64,000 bases of DNA. Source: Eledone cirrhosa. Its lineage: Eukaryota. This document shows positions 10,030-24,500 of the stretch, one piece after another. How positions within the stretch are numbered: position 1 is the first letter of the stretch; the number at the start of each line of letters is the position of its first letter. The position numbers and the translations under genes were made by a program. The notes beneath the pieces were generated by a model. That model was not told where the DNA came from. It saw nothing but the letters and a program-made list of their open reading frames with translations, and searched no databases. The DNA is taken from contig OZ024741.1 of assembly GCA_964016885.1 (NCBI GenBank), positions 412,858,001-412,922,000 of the forward strand, written 5' to 3'.

Positions 10030-12740
10030 CATACTATACCACTACTAAACCATACCATACCACTACTAAACCACACTATACCACTATACCACTACTAAAC
10101 CATACCATACCATACCACTATACTACTACTAAACCATACCATACCACACCACTATACCACTACTAAACCATACCATACCACTACTAAACCACACTATACC
10201 ACTATACCACTACTAAACCATACCACTATACTACTACTAAACCATACCATACCACACCACTATACCACTACTAAACCATACCATACCACTACTAAACCAC
10301 ACTATACCACTATACAACTACTAAACCATACCACTATACTACTACTAAACCATACCATACCACTCCTAAACCATACCACTACTAAACCACTATACTATAC
10401 CATACTACTACTAAACCACTATACTATATCATACTACTACTAAACTACTATACTATACCATACCACTACTAAACCACTATACTATACCATACTGCTACTA
10501 AACCACTATACTATACCATACCACTACTAAACCACTATACTATAACATACTGCTACTAAACGACTATACTATACCATACCACTACTAAACGACTATACTA
10601 TACCATACCACTACTAAACCACGATACTATACCATACCACTACTAAACCACTATACTATACCATACTACTACTAAACCACTATACTATACCATACCACTA
10701 CTAAACCACTATACTATACCATACCACTACTAAACCACTATACTATACCAGACCACTACTAAACCACTATACTATATCATACTAGTAGTAAACCACTATA
10801 CCATACCACTACTAAACCACTATACTATACCATACCACTACTAAACCACTATACTATACCATACCACTACTAAACCACTATACTATACCACTACTACTAA
10901 ACCACTATACCATACCACTACTACACCACTATACTATACCATACCACTACTAAACCACTATACCATACCACTACTACACCACTATACTATACCATACCAC
11001 TACTAAACCACTATACCATACCACTACTAAACCACTATACTAAACCATACCACTACTAAACCACTATATTATACCACTACTACACCACTATACTATACCA
11101 TACTTCTACTAAACCACTATACTATACCATACCACTACTAAACCACTATACTAAACCATACCACTACTAAACCACTATATTATACCACTACTACACCACG
11201 ATACTATACCATACTTCTACTAAACCACTATACTATACCATACCACTACTAAACCACTATACTAAACCATACCACTACTAAACCACTATATTATACCACT
11301 ACTACACCACTATACTCTACCATACCACTACTAAACCACTATACTATACCATACCACTACTAAACGATTATACCATACCACTACTACACCACTATACTAT
11401 ACCATACCACTACTAAACCACTATACCATACCACTACTAAACCACTATACTATACCACTACTACACCACTATACTATACCATACCACTACTAAACCACTA
11501 TACTATACTATACCACTCCTACACCACTATACTATACTATACCACTACTAAACCACTATACTATACCATACCACTACTAAACCACTATACTATACCATAC
11601 CACTACTACACCACTATACTATACCATACCACTACTAAACCACTATACTATACCATACCACTACTAAACCACTATACTATACCATACCACTACTAAACCA
11701 CTATACTATACCATACCACTACTAAACCACTATACTATACCATACCACTACTAAACCACTATACTATACCATACCACTACTAAATCACTATACTATACCA
11801 TACCACTACTAAACCACTATACTATACCATACCACTACTAAACCACTATACTATACCATACCACTACTAAACCACTATACTATACCATACCACTACTACA
11901 CCACTATACTATACCATACCACTACTAAATCACTATACTATACCATACCACTACTAAATCACTATACTATACCATACCACTACTAAATCACTATACTATA
12001 CCATACCACTACTAAATCACTATACTATACCATACCACTACTAAACCACTATACCATACCACTAGTAAATCACTATACTATACCATACCACTACTAAACC
12101 ACTATACTATACCATACCACTACTAAACCACTATACTATACCATACCACTACTAAACCACTATACTATACCATACCACTACTAAACCACTATACTATACC
12201 ATACCACTACTAAACCACTATACTATACCATACCACTACTAAATCACCATACTATACCATATCACTACTAAACCACTATACTATACCATACCACTACTAA
12301 ACCACTATACTATACCATACCACTACTAAACCACTATACTATACCATACCACTACTACACCACTATACTATACCATACCACTACTAAATCACTATACTAT
12401 ACCATACCACTACTAAATCACTATACTATACCATACCACTACTAAATCACTATACTATACCATACCACTACTAAATCACTATACTATACCATACCACTAC
12501 TAAACCACTATACTATACCATACCACTAGTAAATCACTATACTATACCATACCACTACTAAACCACTATACTATACCATACCACTACTAAACCACTATAC
12601 TATACCATACCACTACTAAACCACTATACTATACCATACCACTACTAAACCACTATACTATACCATACCACTACTAAACCACTATACTATACCATACCAC
12701 TACTAAATCACCATACTATACCATATCACTACTACACCAT
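10030..12740. repeat. ~29-bp minisatellite (CCACTATACTATACCATACCACTACTAAA)n; related short array at 8485-8592
   Basis: Direct tandem periodicity. Confidence 0.95.
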
Positions 12741-12814
12741 ACCACCACCCCCACCACTAGTGTTGATGTAATAAATTCCGAAAGCTGACAACTAAGGAAT
12801 TATAACTAATGGTG

Positions 12815-12828
12815 GTTGTCATGGTAAC
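12815..12828. promoter_or_regulatory. RFX X-box-like palindrome GTTGTCATGGTAAC
   Basis: Close match to GTTNCCATGGNAAC in a short unique island between repeats. Motif match only. Confidence 0.3.
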
Positions 12829-12866
12829 ATCTCTTCTCAAACAGCTGGAACACTCTCTCACTACTC

Positions 12867-12940
<74 letters not shown>

Positions 12941-13001
12941 ACTCCTCTGTCTTTCTACCTCTCTCTGTCTCTACCCTTGTCTTTCTACCTCCCTCTCTCT
13001 G

Positions 13002-13032
<31 letters not shown>

Positions 13033-13172
13033 GTATATGTACCTCTCTCTCTCTCACCACTTCTCACTCCTTACCCCACTCTCTACCTCTTTCTCTCTCT
13101 GTGCCTCTATCTCCTTCTACTGCTCTCTTTCTTTTTACCCCCCTCTCTATTTCTACTCCTCCCTCTCCCTGT

Positions 13173-16100
13173 ACATGTAAGTTACAGTAACGAGGGGAAG
13201 AGAGGGTGAAGTTAATAAGGAGACTGAACGTAAGTCCTGAACCCGTACTAATTGTGCTGTTAGTATAAATAGTCTACTAGTTTAGTTTTAGAAGTGTGTT
13301 ATATATATGTATGAGATGAAAGAATGGTATTTAACTAATGTAATGGTACGCGATGGGGCCCTTCCGCAGCCCCGGCGGACAGAATGGAGAAGGCGTTTCC
13401 CCGGGGGACGGCAACGGAGACGCGCTGGAAAAGTAACTCCAACTCGCGGGGCTCACACCTACGGCTGGCCAGCTCAGCGCCTATGGTGGTGAGTAAGGAG
13501 GGCGCAGACTGCACCAGGTTGCGGTTGCAGAAAGTGTCGGTGAAAATGGCATCCCAGACGAGGGGTTTGCCACCGCGGAACGGGAAGATGGTCATGCCAT
13601 CTGGCCTTTTGCCGTCCCCTTGATCCAGCCCCACCGGCTCGAGCTGGGAAGGGAAACCTGCAGCATCCAAGCCATGCTTAATGACCTCGTTAAGGGCAGT
13701 ATGGCGTGGAATGCGGCCGGCACCGTGGCGACAGGAAAGCAGGTGGAGGCCGAAAGAGTCCACGGTGGAAGAGCAGCGACATTGATGTGGCTGGCAGATC
13801 AGGAGGCCGAGCTTCAGGGAAACGCCGATTCGCAGGCTATGGTTGTCTAGCTGTGTGCCAGTGGAGAAGGAGGGAAGAACATGGAGCCAGGAACCACTGT
13901 GGGGTTTGGAGGCCGCACGAAAACAAGCAAGGCGGTGCTGGTCGAGTTGGCGCGTGAGCCTGTCTGAGGCCATGTTGCCCTGGTTGGCATCCCAAGTGCG
14001 TTGGGGGGGGGGGGGGGGCTTGACATCAACAGGGGGAGAAGGAGGAGGGACGTCTACTGGGCTAAGTCCCAGCCAGTCCCACGTCTCACAGGCGGCCTCA
14101 CGTTCTCTGAACACAGAGGGTTCTGCTGTGTTTTGAATAACCCTGCTGACGAGGACGCGGCACGAGGTTACCGACGAAAGATACGCCGGCAAAGCTAGTG
14201 AGATCGGGGACCGGAGGCCTAGGCCGCCATACCTGACCGGTAAAGTGGCCTGTTGCCACCCTATGTCGTCAAACTTGACGTTGCATATCCCCTCGGCTGC
14301 TGCTCGGATACAAGTATCGAGGACAGCGAGGAGAGATGTCTGGGCGTAGCATGGAGCGCTGCGGAGTGTATAGAGGTGCTTCGGCATGGCGAAGCAGTTT
14401 CTCAGCAGAAAGAGAGCTGGGTGGCCGTCAATCAAGCCCAGTCGGCTCGTGAGAGTCTGGAACTGTTGAAGCCTGGACCTGATGGTGGAGCGGATGACCA
14501 GCGAGTGGATCGGTGACCCGAGGATGAGGACATCCTCATTGGGGGTCACCTGAACCTGGCGGAGAATGGACCGCACGTCCAAGACGGAGGCTGCAAAGCT
14601 CACAGCGTCGAGGCTGACGTTCACCACCTCCGACTTGGCCGAGTTGACCTGGAGGCCGATTCCCGCCAGGGTAGGAATCACCGATTGAAGGTCTTGGCAG
14701 ACCGTCCGTACGGGCCCGCCCAACGTAGCATCATCCAGATACCAAACGTTGAGAGGGGCCGTGATACTCCGGGCGATGTGGTCAACACCAAAGGCGAACA
14801 GGGGGGGGGGGGTCCCAAAGGGTCGCCCTGTTGGACCCCAGTAGCCGAGGGTATGACCGTATCAGCAGCTAGGAGCATGCTCGGGGCACCATATGACAAG
14901 TAGGCCAGCGGGTAGGCAGAGGGGGCTCGGCTGAGGCTGGCCTCGAGCAGATGATCCCGGCGTAAAGAGGTAAAGGCATTCCTCATGTCAAGCTTGACAA
15001 TGAGGTCCCTGGAGTCCCTGGATGCCGGTACCGATGGGCAGCTGCTGAAGAACTGCCTGATTGCATGAGAGGCTCCCTCACAGCCACCGGACACGCCGAC
15101 ACCCAGTTGCACCGGACTAAACTCCTCACCCAGTTCATGTGTGATGGACTTGCAGATCACCTTGGCAGCCAGCCTCCGGAAGACATTGCCCACAGCAATG
15201 GGACGTATGCCACCCTCTTTCTTCCTGAGAGCGGTGTGGCTGGCCGAAAAGGCGAAAAAAAGAGGCCTCGGGCGTAAGGGTGGAGGGCACTATGAATGAG
15301 CCTATAGGTGAGCGCCACAATTGCACTCAGAAGGCGGCGCCCGGCCTCAGTGGAGAGGGGGATGTCAACTCCTTGAGGTGGCCTGGTCGGAGACCATCAT
15401 CACCTCCGCAGCTGCTAGCTGGGAAGGACCTGATGGCGGGCATGATATCTGTATCAATAGCCACAAGGAGCAGGTGGGGTCGGGTGGAGGTATGGGTCTG
15501 AGATCAGTGGGTGGCTCAGGGTGTTTGAGTCGCAGAGCAGCCAGGATCTCCTCGGTGGGTTGGAGGACTGTCCTCTGAGGCAACAACTGTGACTGCGGCC
15601 GAGACATCACCCATGATAAGTTTTGCGTTTACCTGGTCACGCAAACGCTTGGCGCTGGCCTCGGGGGTGGAGGATAGGGGCTACCTGAGGGTGGGGCGTG
15701 TGGCGTCCCTGGGCACGCTTGGAATGGGCGCTCGCCCAAATGACGAGACATTGGCCTTGACGAAGGCTGCTGCTGACCGGCCGCCCCTGTCAGCGCCAGA
15801 GCTAGGGAGGCCGAGGGCGAGTGAGGCGAAATAGAACAGCCGCTCCCAGTCACTGTGTCGATTGGAGTCCAGGGCGCTTTCAATCGAGGAAGCGAGGGCA
15901 TCGGCCACCGGCACCCGTGCCGCTCTCGGGATCCTGAGTGGGATCTTCCGGAGCCGCCTGAGCCGAGCGATGTTGACCAGCGAGGCTCGGGCGTCAGGCA
16001 AGCTCGCTGTCCCATCTGGTGGTGTACCAGGCGGCCGTGTCTGGGAAGACGTGGGGAAGAGGCAGCTCCTGCACCTCCACGCTGCTAGGGCATTGGAAGC

Positions 16101-16255
16101 TCGACGAGTCAAGCCAACGCAGGTGAGGTGGTGGAAGCAGCCGCACCCCAAACAAATCCGGCCCCTCTTCCGTTTGTTAGTATGGCTTCACGACTTACAT
16201 TTCGTCTCCTTATTAACTTCTCCCTCCCTTTCCCTCCTTACTGCAACTTACATGT
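13173..16255 (-). mobile_element. CRE-clade-like non-LTR retrotransposon (PHD-like finger, RT, CCHC knuckle, restriction-like endonuclease), degenerate, bounded by 79-bp imperfect inverted repeats
   Basis: Frameshifted ORFs 15681-16151, 14678-15193 and 13335-14723. Motifs: CLGCGCFHHLTC...WRCRSC; GNVFRRLAAK; QLGVGVSGGCE; KLDMRNAF; GVQQGDPLGP; QATLPVRYGGLG; CRC...HLLSC...RH; KRPDGMTIFPFRGGKPLVWD. Confidence 0.88.
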
Positions 16256-16554
16256 CCTACTGTCTCATCTTTCCCGTACTCTATCGGTACATTTTTCTTT
16301 TTTTGTTTTCTTTTTTTGTCATTCTCTTTGTTATCGTCTGTGTTTTTTGGGGTTTTTTTTCCTGGATAACTCTTCCTCTTAGTTATCAACGCACTATGGT
16401 GAGATGTACTGTCTTTAATGCGTTGGAAACATCAGTGACCCACAGAAGACAGGTGATTAGCGGGAATTGTCCTTGTGTTTATGTTTGTGTTTCTCTTGTG
16501 TTTTCTAAATAATATTTATGAGTAACCACACAGCACCTTTGTCACATTTAATTC

Positions 16555-16795
16555 ATATATATATATACATACACATAGGTGGTATATATATATATATATA
16601 TATACTCATGGGTGGTGTATATATATATATATATACACATGGGTGGTATATATATATATATATATATATATATGGGTGGTATATATATATATATATACAC
16701 ATGGGTGGTATATATATATATATATACACATGGGTGGTATATATATATATATATATACACATGGGTGGTATATATATATATATATACACATGGGT

Positions 16796-16844
<49 letters not shown>

Positions 16845-17138
16845 GGGTGGTATATATATATATATATATACACATGGGTGGTATATATATATATATATAC
16901 ATGGGTGGTGTATATATATATACACATGGGTGGTATATATATATATATACATGGGTGGTGTATATATATATACACATGGGTGGTATATATATATATATAT
17001 AAATGGGTGGTGTATATATATATACACATGGGTGGTATATATATATATATATACATGGGTGGTGTATATATATATACACATGGGTGGTATATATATATAT
17101 ATACATAGGTGGTGTATATATATATATATACATAGGTG

Positions 17139-17194
<56 letters not shown>

Positions 17195-17268
17195 GGGTGG
17201 TGTATATATATGTATATATATATATATACCACCCATGTGTATAAATATATACACCACCCATGGGGGTG

Positions 17269-17328
<60 letters not shown>

Positions 17329-17337
17329 GGGTGGTAT
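16555..17337. repeat. Compound minisatellite [CACATGGGTGG(TA)n]n
   Basis: Direct tandem repeats, with a short inverted portion at ~17227-17261. Confidence 0.93.
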
Positions 17338-19788
17338 AGGAATTATGTTAGCTGAAAAATGGGTAGATAAGGTAATTGACGTAAATAGAGTGAATGACAG
17401 AATAATTAAAATAAGACTAGTTCTAAATAGAACTACTGTGACAATAATATCCGCTTATGCACGCTAATCTGGTCTACCTGATGTTATAAAGGACAGGTTC
17501 TATTAGATGCTAATGCACACTACCTCCCAAATAACTGACAGCGACTACTTAATTATTGCTGGCGATCTAAACGGTCACGTTGGACAACATAGTGATGGCT
17601 ATGATGGAATCCATGGAGGCTATGGGTTTGGTACTAGAAATGAGAAGGGCTTCAGAATCCTGGAATTCTGTGACGCTAATAATCTAGCTATCTGTAACAC
17701 AAACTTCAAAAAACGAGAAAACCACTTGATCACCTATAGATCAGGGGAACATGCCAGCCAAATAGATTATATCCTTACCAGAAGACGGGACAAAGTGTCT
17801 GTCGTAAACACTAAATCTCTCCCCCGTGAAGAATGCACCTCCCAACATAGCCTAGTAGTTAGTGACCTCATAGTCAGGAATAGACGTACTCCACGACAGA
17901 GGAGGCCTACCTTGAGGAGAAGAATATGAAAGTTGAAGGACCCCATAGCCAGTGACAAATTTAAAAGCTTATTACTTGATGCCTTTGACAATAAGGAAGA
18001 GTAATTAGAGACATGCAATATAGAGGAACAGTGGCAATTCTTGAAAGTGAACCTGCTGAAAGCAACGGATGAAATCTGTGGCTGGAGCAGACCTATTGGC
18101 AGGAGGAGAGTAACTTGATGGTGGAACAGTAAGGTGGAGGAGTCAATCAAGGCCAAAAAGCAGGCTTGGAAAGTATGGCGGGATGGGGGAAGTAGAGAGC
18201 ACTATCAAGTGACCAGGAGAAAAGCTAGGAGACGAGTGTACCTTGCAAAAAGGGAAGCAGGAGATAGAAAGTTCAAGCATGTTCTACAACGTGAGGACCA
18301 AAAACGTGAGGTGTTCAGGATTGCTAGACAATGTGTCAAGGAAAACCGTGATATTGTCGGGGAGAAGTGTGTCCGTAATGATAACGGTGTACTAGCCCTC
18401 ACTGATATTGATAAGAAGATAGCTTGGAAGTGTCACTACGAGAGACTATTAAATGAGGAGAATAAACAGGAAAAAGGTAGTCTGCCCCAAATCGATCCAT
18501 TAGAAAGACCAGCGGTGCAAGTTAAAGGTAGTATAATAAGTAAGGCAATCAAAGATATAAAGACAGCCAAGGCAGCTGGGCCTTCGGAGATAGTTGCTGA
18601 GATGTTGAAGGCATCTGGAATGGTGGTACATACTATGGTAACCCGTATAGTTAACTAAGAAATACAGAATGGGGTCATACCAAAAGACTGGCGTAGCAAC
18701 ATCATCATTAACTGCTACAAGGGTAAAGGGGATGCTCTAGATAGGGGAAACTATAGAGGCATTAAGTTAGTTGACCAGGTCATGAAGGTCACAGAAAGAG
18801 TTATAGCACAACTAATCAGAGAGCGAATTGATCTAGATGAAATGCAGTTTGGGTGTGTGTCAGGTAAAAGTACCACAGACGCTCTTTTCCTTGTACGACA
18901 ACTACAGAAGTACCTAGCTAAAAGTAAACCCCTCTACTTAGCTTTTGTAGATCTGGAAAAAGCCTTTGACAGAGTCCCCCGCTCCATTATCTGGTCGGAT
19001 CTTAGAAAACTAAGTGTAGATGAATGGCTTGTGAGAGCTATACAAGCTATGTATAATGAAACAGTCAATAAGGTTAGAATTAACAATGAATATTGTGAAG
19101 AATTTAGTGTAAAAGTTGGTGTTCACCAAGGCTCTGCCCTTAGCCCCCTCCTATTTATTATTGCCCTTCAGGCTATAACGGAGGAGTTCAAGACCGGCTG
19201 CCCATGGGAACTCCTATACGCAGATGATCTAACGCCCATAGCTGAATCAATGGCTGAACTAGAGTAGAAATTCCAAACTTGGAAGCATGGCCTAGAAACA
19301 AAAGGCCTTAAAGTTAACCTGTCTAAGACTAAAGTTCTAGTTTGTGGAAAGGAAAATAGGGCACAGGTGTCCTCAGGGAAATGGCCATGCTCAGGGTGTA
19401 GGAAAGGAGTAGGCAGAAATTCCATTTTATGTCCCAAATGCAAAGTATGGGTGCATAAAAGATGTAGTGGGATCACAGGTTAACTATCTAAGAACGTAGA
19501 CTTTATATATGGCCGATGCTCAGGTGCAATAAGTAGCAAGTGTCCACAGGATACTAGCTCCTTCTATTGCCCAGATGATTCTATAGAAATAGTGGACACT
19601 TTGCGTTACCTGGGTGACGAAATCAGCAGTGATGGAGGGTGTTCTGAAAGTACAGTAGCCAGAGTCAGAACGGGATGGAAAAAGTTCAGAGAGCTTATAC
19701 CGCTGTTGGCCACAAAAGGTTTCTCTCTAAAAATGAAAGGCAGATTGTATGATGCCTGCATACGAACAGCAATGCTACATGGCAGTGA
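17327..19788 (+). mobile_element. RTE-clade LINE, degenerate, 5'- and 3'-truncated (APE endonuclease + RT)
   Basis: [64 protein letters not shown]; several in-frame stops. Confidence 0.92.
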
Positions 19789-20178
19789 GTCATCAATATA
19801 TGTCCTTGGTGCTTCAATATATCTCAATCTCAGTTTCCTTCTTCTAGTGTGTCCATGTAGGGGATCCCACAGTATCACTGAGTTCTGTGCCAACTCTGAA
19901 TGTCGGTGAGCATGTCCAGCTAACCACAGTCTCCGCTGTGTTACTTTCGAGCTGACTTTTGGGAGGCTCCCGTACAGCTCCGAGTTCTTCATCCTCAGTG
20001 TATACTGATTAATGTTTAGAGCCATCCTCAGCATTCTCGTGTAGCACCCATCCACCATCTGAGTGAGTTTCTTGGTCAGTGTCTAAGGCTCAGACCCGTA
20101 CAGCAACACAGACTCCACCGTAGCGATGAAGAGACGGATCTTCAGGTGCTTCTGAAGGTCTGACTTCTACACCGACCT
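19789..20178 (-). mobile_element. Fragment of a different LINE (RT C-terminus, RTE-like)
   Basis: LFIATVESVLLYGSE...DGCYTRMLRMALNI...RRLWLAGHAHRH...WDPLHG. Confidence 0.8.
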
Positions 20179-20195
20179 CAAACACACGCACACAC

Positions 20196-20280
<85 letters not shown>

Positions 20281-20283
<3 letters not shown>

Positions 20284-21500
20284 TGCGGACAGTATTTGAG
20301 GACACATGCATTTTTAGTCATTATTTTATTTGACTAATTTTTATTGAACTTCTATTTCAGAAAATAACAATGAAATGAAAAGGCTTCTTGTGATTGTGGC
20401 TTTGAAGGCTGTTTAGAAATTTCTCGTTTTCTGAAAGTTGCAAGATCTTTTGTCCACAAGATTCGGTGTGAGTTAGAGAAAGAAGATGGAAGCATATTAC
20501 ATGTATCAAAACGTAAAAAACATTCCAAATGGTCTGATTCTATCAGGACACCTGAATTTATTCAGGAAGTTAAGCAAAACATTGAGGACAATCCCAGGAA
20601 AACCAATGAGGTCAATTGCAAAAAATGTTGGTTTGTCAGAAAAAAACAATCAGAAATGTTGTGCATGAAGACATCAGATACAAATCTTACGTGATGAGGA
20701 GAGGTCAATTCATGTCAGAAAAAAAAACAAAAGAAAACCGTTTAATCAGATCCAAAAGACTTTTGAACAAACTTAAAAATCCATCAGAAGATGGTGTGAT
20801 TTGGTTTTTCTCAGATGAGAAAAACTTTGACCAGGACCAGAAAACTAACAGAAGAAATGACAGGTGGCTATGTGCAGACCCTCTGAGGTTCCAAGAGTAA
20901 TGCACACAAAATTTCCTGCAAGTATCATGGTTTTGGGTGTTGTTAGCAATGAAGGACATGTGATCCTCCTCAATTTTTTCCACAAGGCCTTAGGGTGAAT
21001 GCTGCGGCGTATATTGAGGCTCTGGATAAAGTTGTTAAGCCTTGGATCAACAGTGTATGCAATGGAAGGCCTTATGTCTTTCAACAAGATTCTGCACCAT
21101 CACATAAGGCTCAAATAACACAAGAATGGATGGCCATAAAATTGCATGATCACATCACCCCCAACATTTGGCCTCTTAATTCTCCACATCTCAATCCACT
21201 GGACTATGTATGGAGCATCGTTGAGAAAAATGTCAATGAACACCCCTATAGAACCAAAGATTCTTTGAAAGCCGTAATAGTTCGAGTCTGTCTGATATGA
21301 ACAAGGACCACTTAATCCGAGCTTGTAAACAATTTCAACCACACATAGAGGTAGTTATTGATGCTTATGGTGGTTTTATTGAAATAAATTATTAAATTGA
21401 TAATTTAGCTTTATGTTTCTGTTATTTTTATAAGAATACCGTTTTTTTCTATTATTATATAAGCGTTTTTTAAAACCATAATTCTGTCCTCAAATACCTG
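20281..21500 (+). mobile_element. Tc1/mariner superfamily DNA transposon, DD37D (maT-type), degenerate
   Basis: TIR core gtatttgaggaca/tgtcctcaaatac with TA flanks. Transposase pieces WFFSDEKNF, FQQDSAPSH and WPLNSPHLNPLDY, with 37 residues between the 2nd and 3rd Asp. Confidence 0.9.
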
Positions 21501-21509
21501 TATATATAT

Positions 21510-24500
21510 GAAAAATGGCTTAACTCAACCCCTCTAACTCTCCCCCGTAAAATACAAATAAAGTCCATTCCAAATGAACCCGAACCTCAAAGACACCTTA
21601 GGGAAAGAATGGCATTGGAAAAAATGAAGACAGAAATTGAACTTCTTAAATTGAGGGCCCAGACAAATGAAGAAAAAATCAAAACCATCGATGAAGAGAT
21701 CCTCCTGGAAATCAACAATAAGACTGAAGGCCCCAAGGTAGAGAAGATCTCTAAATTATGGAAAGGGGACTGCAACAGAGAAGAACTGAAATCCCTTCAA
21801 ATCTGGGAAAAAAGTGCCGCTTGGTTCCTAAACTATGAATCGACTTTTCAAACGGATTACACCTCCAATAACCCGTTCATAAAAATAGGAAAACCCATAA
21901 CCGAACCGCACAACTTCGCAAACCCCCCAGCCACTAACAAAAGAATAAGGAAGCACCACACTGAAGATGAACTTCCCAACCTCGCTACCATAAGAAGGAA
22001 CAAAAACCCTAGAAATCATCACCACCAGAATGACATTTACAACTTTCCCCCTTCAAGAAGACACCATACCAAATCACTCAACTATTACGCGGACGCCTCA
22101 TCGTCAAACATAGGGAAAAGATACCACCACCATGATAGATGTAACAACTTCCCCGCTTCAAGGGGACAGCAAGGTAATTTCCATTTTCTCAACTCTCGCT
22201 TCCACAATACACAACAAACCCACACCACACGATACAACCAACAACGTAGGCCACCTATAACACCACAATCCAACATGACACATAGAAACACACATCCATA
22301 CTCGCAATACAGGAACACCCCATTCAATCTATAACCACGAACCCGAACCACATTTTACAACAAGGAATATAACAAACACAGGAGACCACTTAACATCAGC
22401 AGACAACCCCTCTACCCCAACCATTTTTTAGATACAGCACACAGATACAGGCAAACAAAATAACACAAGACAGGGAGGAGAAACCGAGAGTAATAAAAAT
22501 TATCAATCTAACTAGTGCAGAACCAACACCCAATCTTATCAACTTACTCTCCAAAGGTTTTAAATTCACACCGACCCCACTACGTCCTAACTACTATGAA
22601 ATGAAGGAAGACATCACAGACTTCTGTAGAAAGTTACGACTCAGTGAAAAACTATTCGACCAGTACAATGAGGATGAATCATTAGCCAGAAATAGAAGCA
22701 ACTACACCCCATCAAAAGGTAGAAATAAATCCTGGACGAATTCTGTGAACACATCACAAACTTCCCTTACCAACACTTGCACAGACAAAAACACAAGCCA
22801 AACCTCAACAAGAAAGAATGGGAAGAATTAAATAGATTAAAAACCAACAGAACCATTACAATTAAAGAGGCTGATAAAGGGAGTACAGTAGTCCTAATGG
22901 AGACAGAATTCTATATCAACTTAGCGCTCTCCACTTTGGAAAACGAAACATACTACGAAAAGGCTGAACACTACAATCAACAGAACATTATGAGAAACCT
23001 AAAAACTCTGATCAACCAATACAAAGAAGGACTCACTAACAAGGAATTCAGCTTCATCACAGACTTCACAAGTAAATCCAGCCTTTTCTACGGTATCCCT
23101 AAAGTACATAAAAGCGAATTAATAAGTAAGGCATGCAAGGAAGCCACAGACATAGTCATCAATGTCCCCCCACCCAATGATCTCAAATTAAGACCTATAA
23201 TAGCAGGCACCGCTTGCGAAACCCACCGCCTTAGCAACTTCTTTGATACCCTTCTCAAGCCTTTTCTCAAACACATCAAAAGCTATATAAGGGACGACCT
23301 AGATATGCTCAATCACCTCCCTAATATGCCCCTTTCTGAACAAACCCTACTAGTGACGTTCGATGTAGTCAACCTATATTCCAACATCCCCCACAACCTA
23401 GGAATAGAAGCAATCCAATTCTGGCTGGATAATTACCACAATGAACTCCCACAACGCATCAAAAAAGAATTCGTGATAGAGGGACTCAAATTTATCTTGG
23501 ACAACAATTACTTCGTTTTCAATAACAAATCCTACAGGCAGAAATCTGGGACCGCTATGGGAACGAAAACAGTCCCCACTTATGCCAACCTAGTCATGGG
23601 ATACCTGGAAATCACCCTCTACACTAAAGTACTAAACAAATTTGGGAACTCTCTCCACTTACACATAGAAAGGAACTGGAAGCGATATCTAGATGACTGC
23701 TTCATCCATTGGCACGAAAACATCGAGAAACTTAAAGAATTTCACACCCTTATAAATGGCCTCAACACAAATATTAACTTTACGATGGAATACAGCCATC
23801 AACAACTCCCCTTCCTCGACATCCTCATTAAGATTCATAACAAAAAAATAGAAACAGACATATACTACAAGCCCACAGACTCCAAGCAATATCTTCCTTT
23901 CAATTCTTGCCACCCTAGACACGTTAAAATTAATATTCCCTACAACTTTGCCAAGAGAATCTGTACTATAGTCTCCAATAAAAACACCTGTTACTTACGG
24001 CTACAAGAACTAAAGGACTCACTCATAGGCAGGGACTACCCTGCATCACTAATTGACAATGGAATCCAACGTGCCCTAAAACTCAGTACCCAGGACCTTA
24101 GACACCCTAAAGTAAATCAACCGAAACTAAAAGCTCTTCCATACATCTTCACACAACCCCCTCAACAATGAGGCATTTGACACCATCCTCCAGAACATCC
24201 CTGTGTTAAAAAAGGACCATAGAATGAACCAAATCTTACGAACACACGATATCATAAAGAGCAAAAGACAATCTAAGTCGATGAAAAACATCCTAACACA
24301 TGTCAAAGTACTGCCAACCACAACAACGAAACCCACAGTAAAAAAATGCGATAGACCCAACTGTGGCATATGCATCAACCTAATAGAGGGTTCGAAATTC
24401 TATTTCAACGAAGGACAACGTTTTATAGTAAAACACAATTTCACATGCGCATCAGAAAATCTAATATATGTATTAAAATTGCTCAGATTGTCGAGAACAA

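Noticed and set aside
9900-10030. Possible Tc1 transposase C-terminal remnant on the minus strand
   Set aside because: Too short and degenerate to support.
10030-12740. Telomeric repeat target of the adjacent CRE element
   Set aside because: The unit is a 29-bp minisatellite, not TTAGGG/TTAGG, and is ~430 bp from the element.
16188-16190. TGA at a Cys position of the CRE PHD-like finger as selenocysteine
   Set aside because: No SECIS-like AUGA/AA/GA hairpin seen in the short 3' UTR (13251-13335), and the element is otherwise degenerate.
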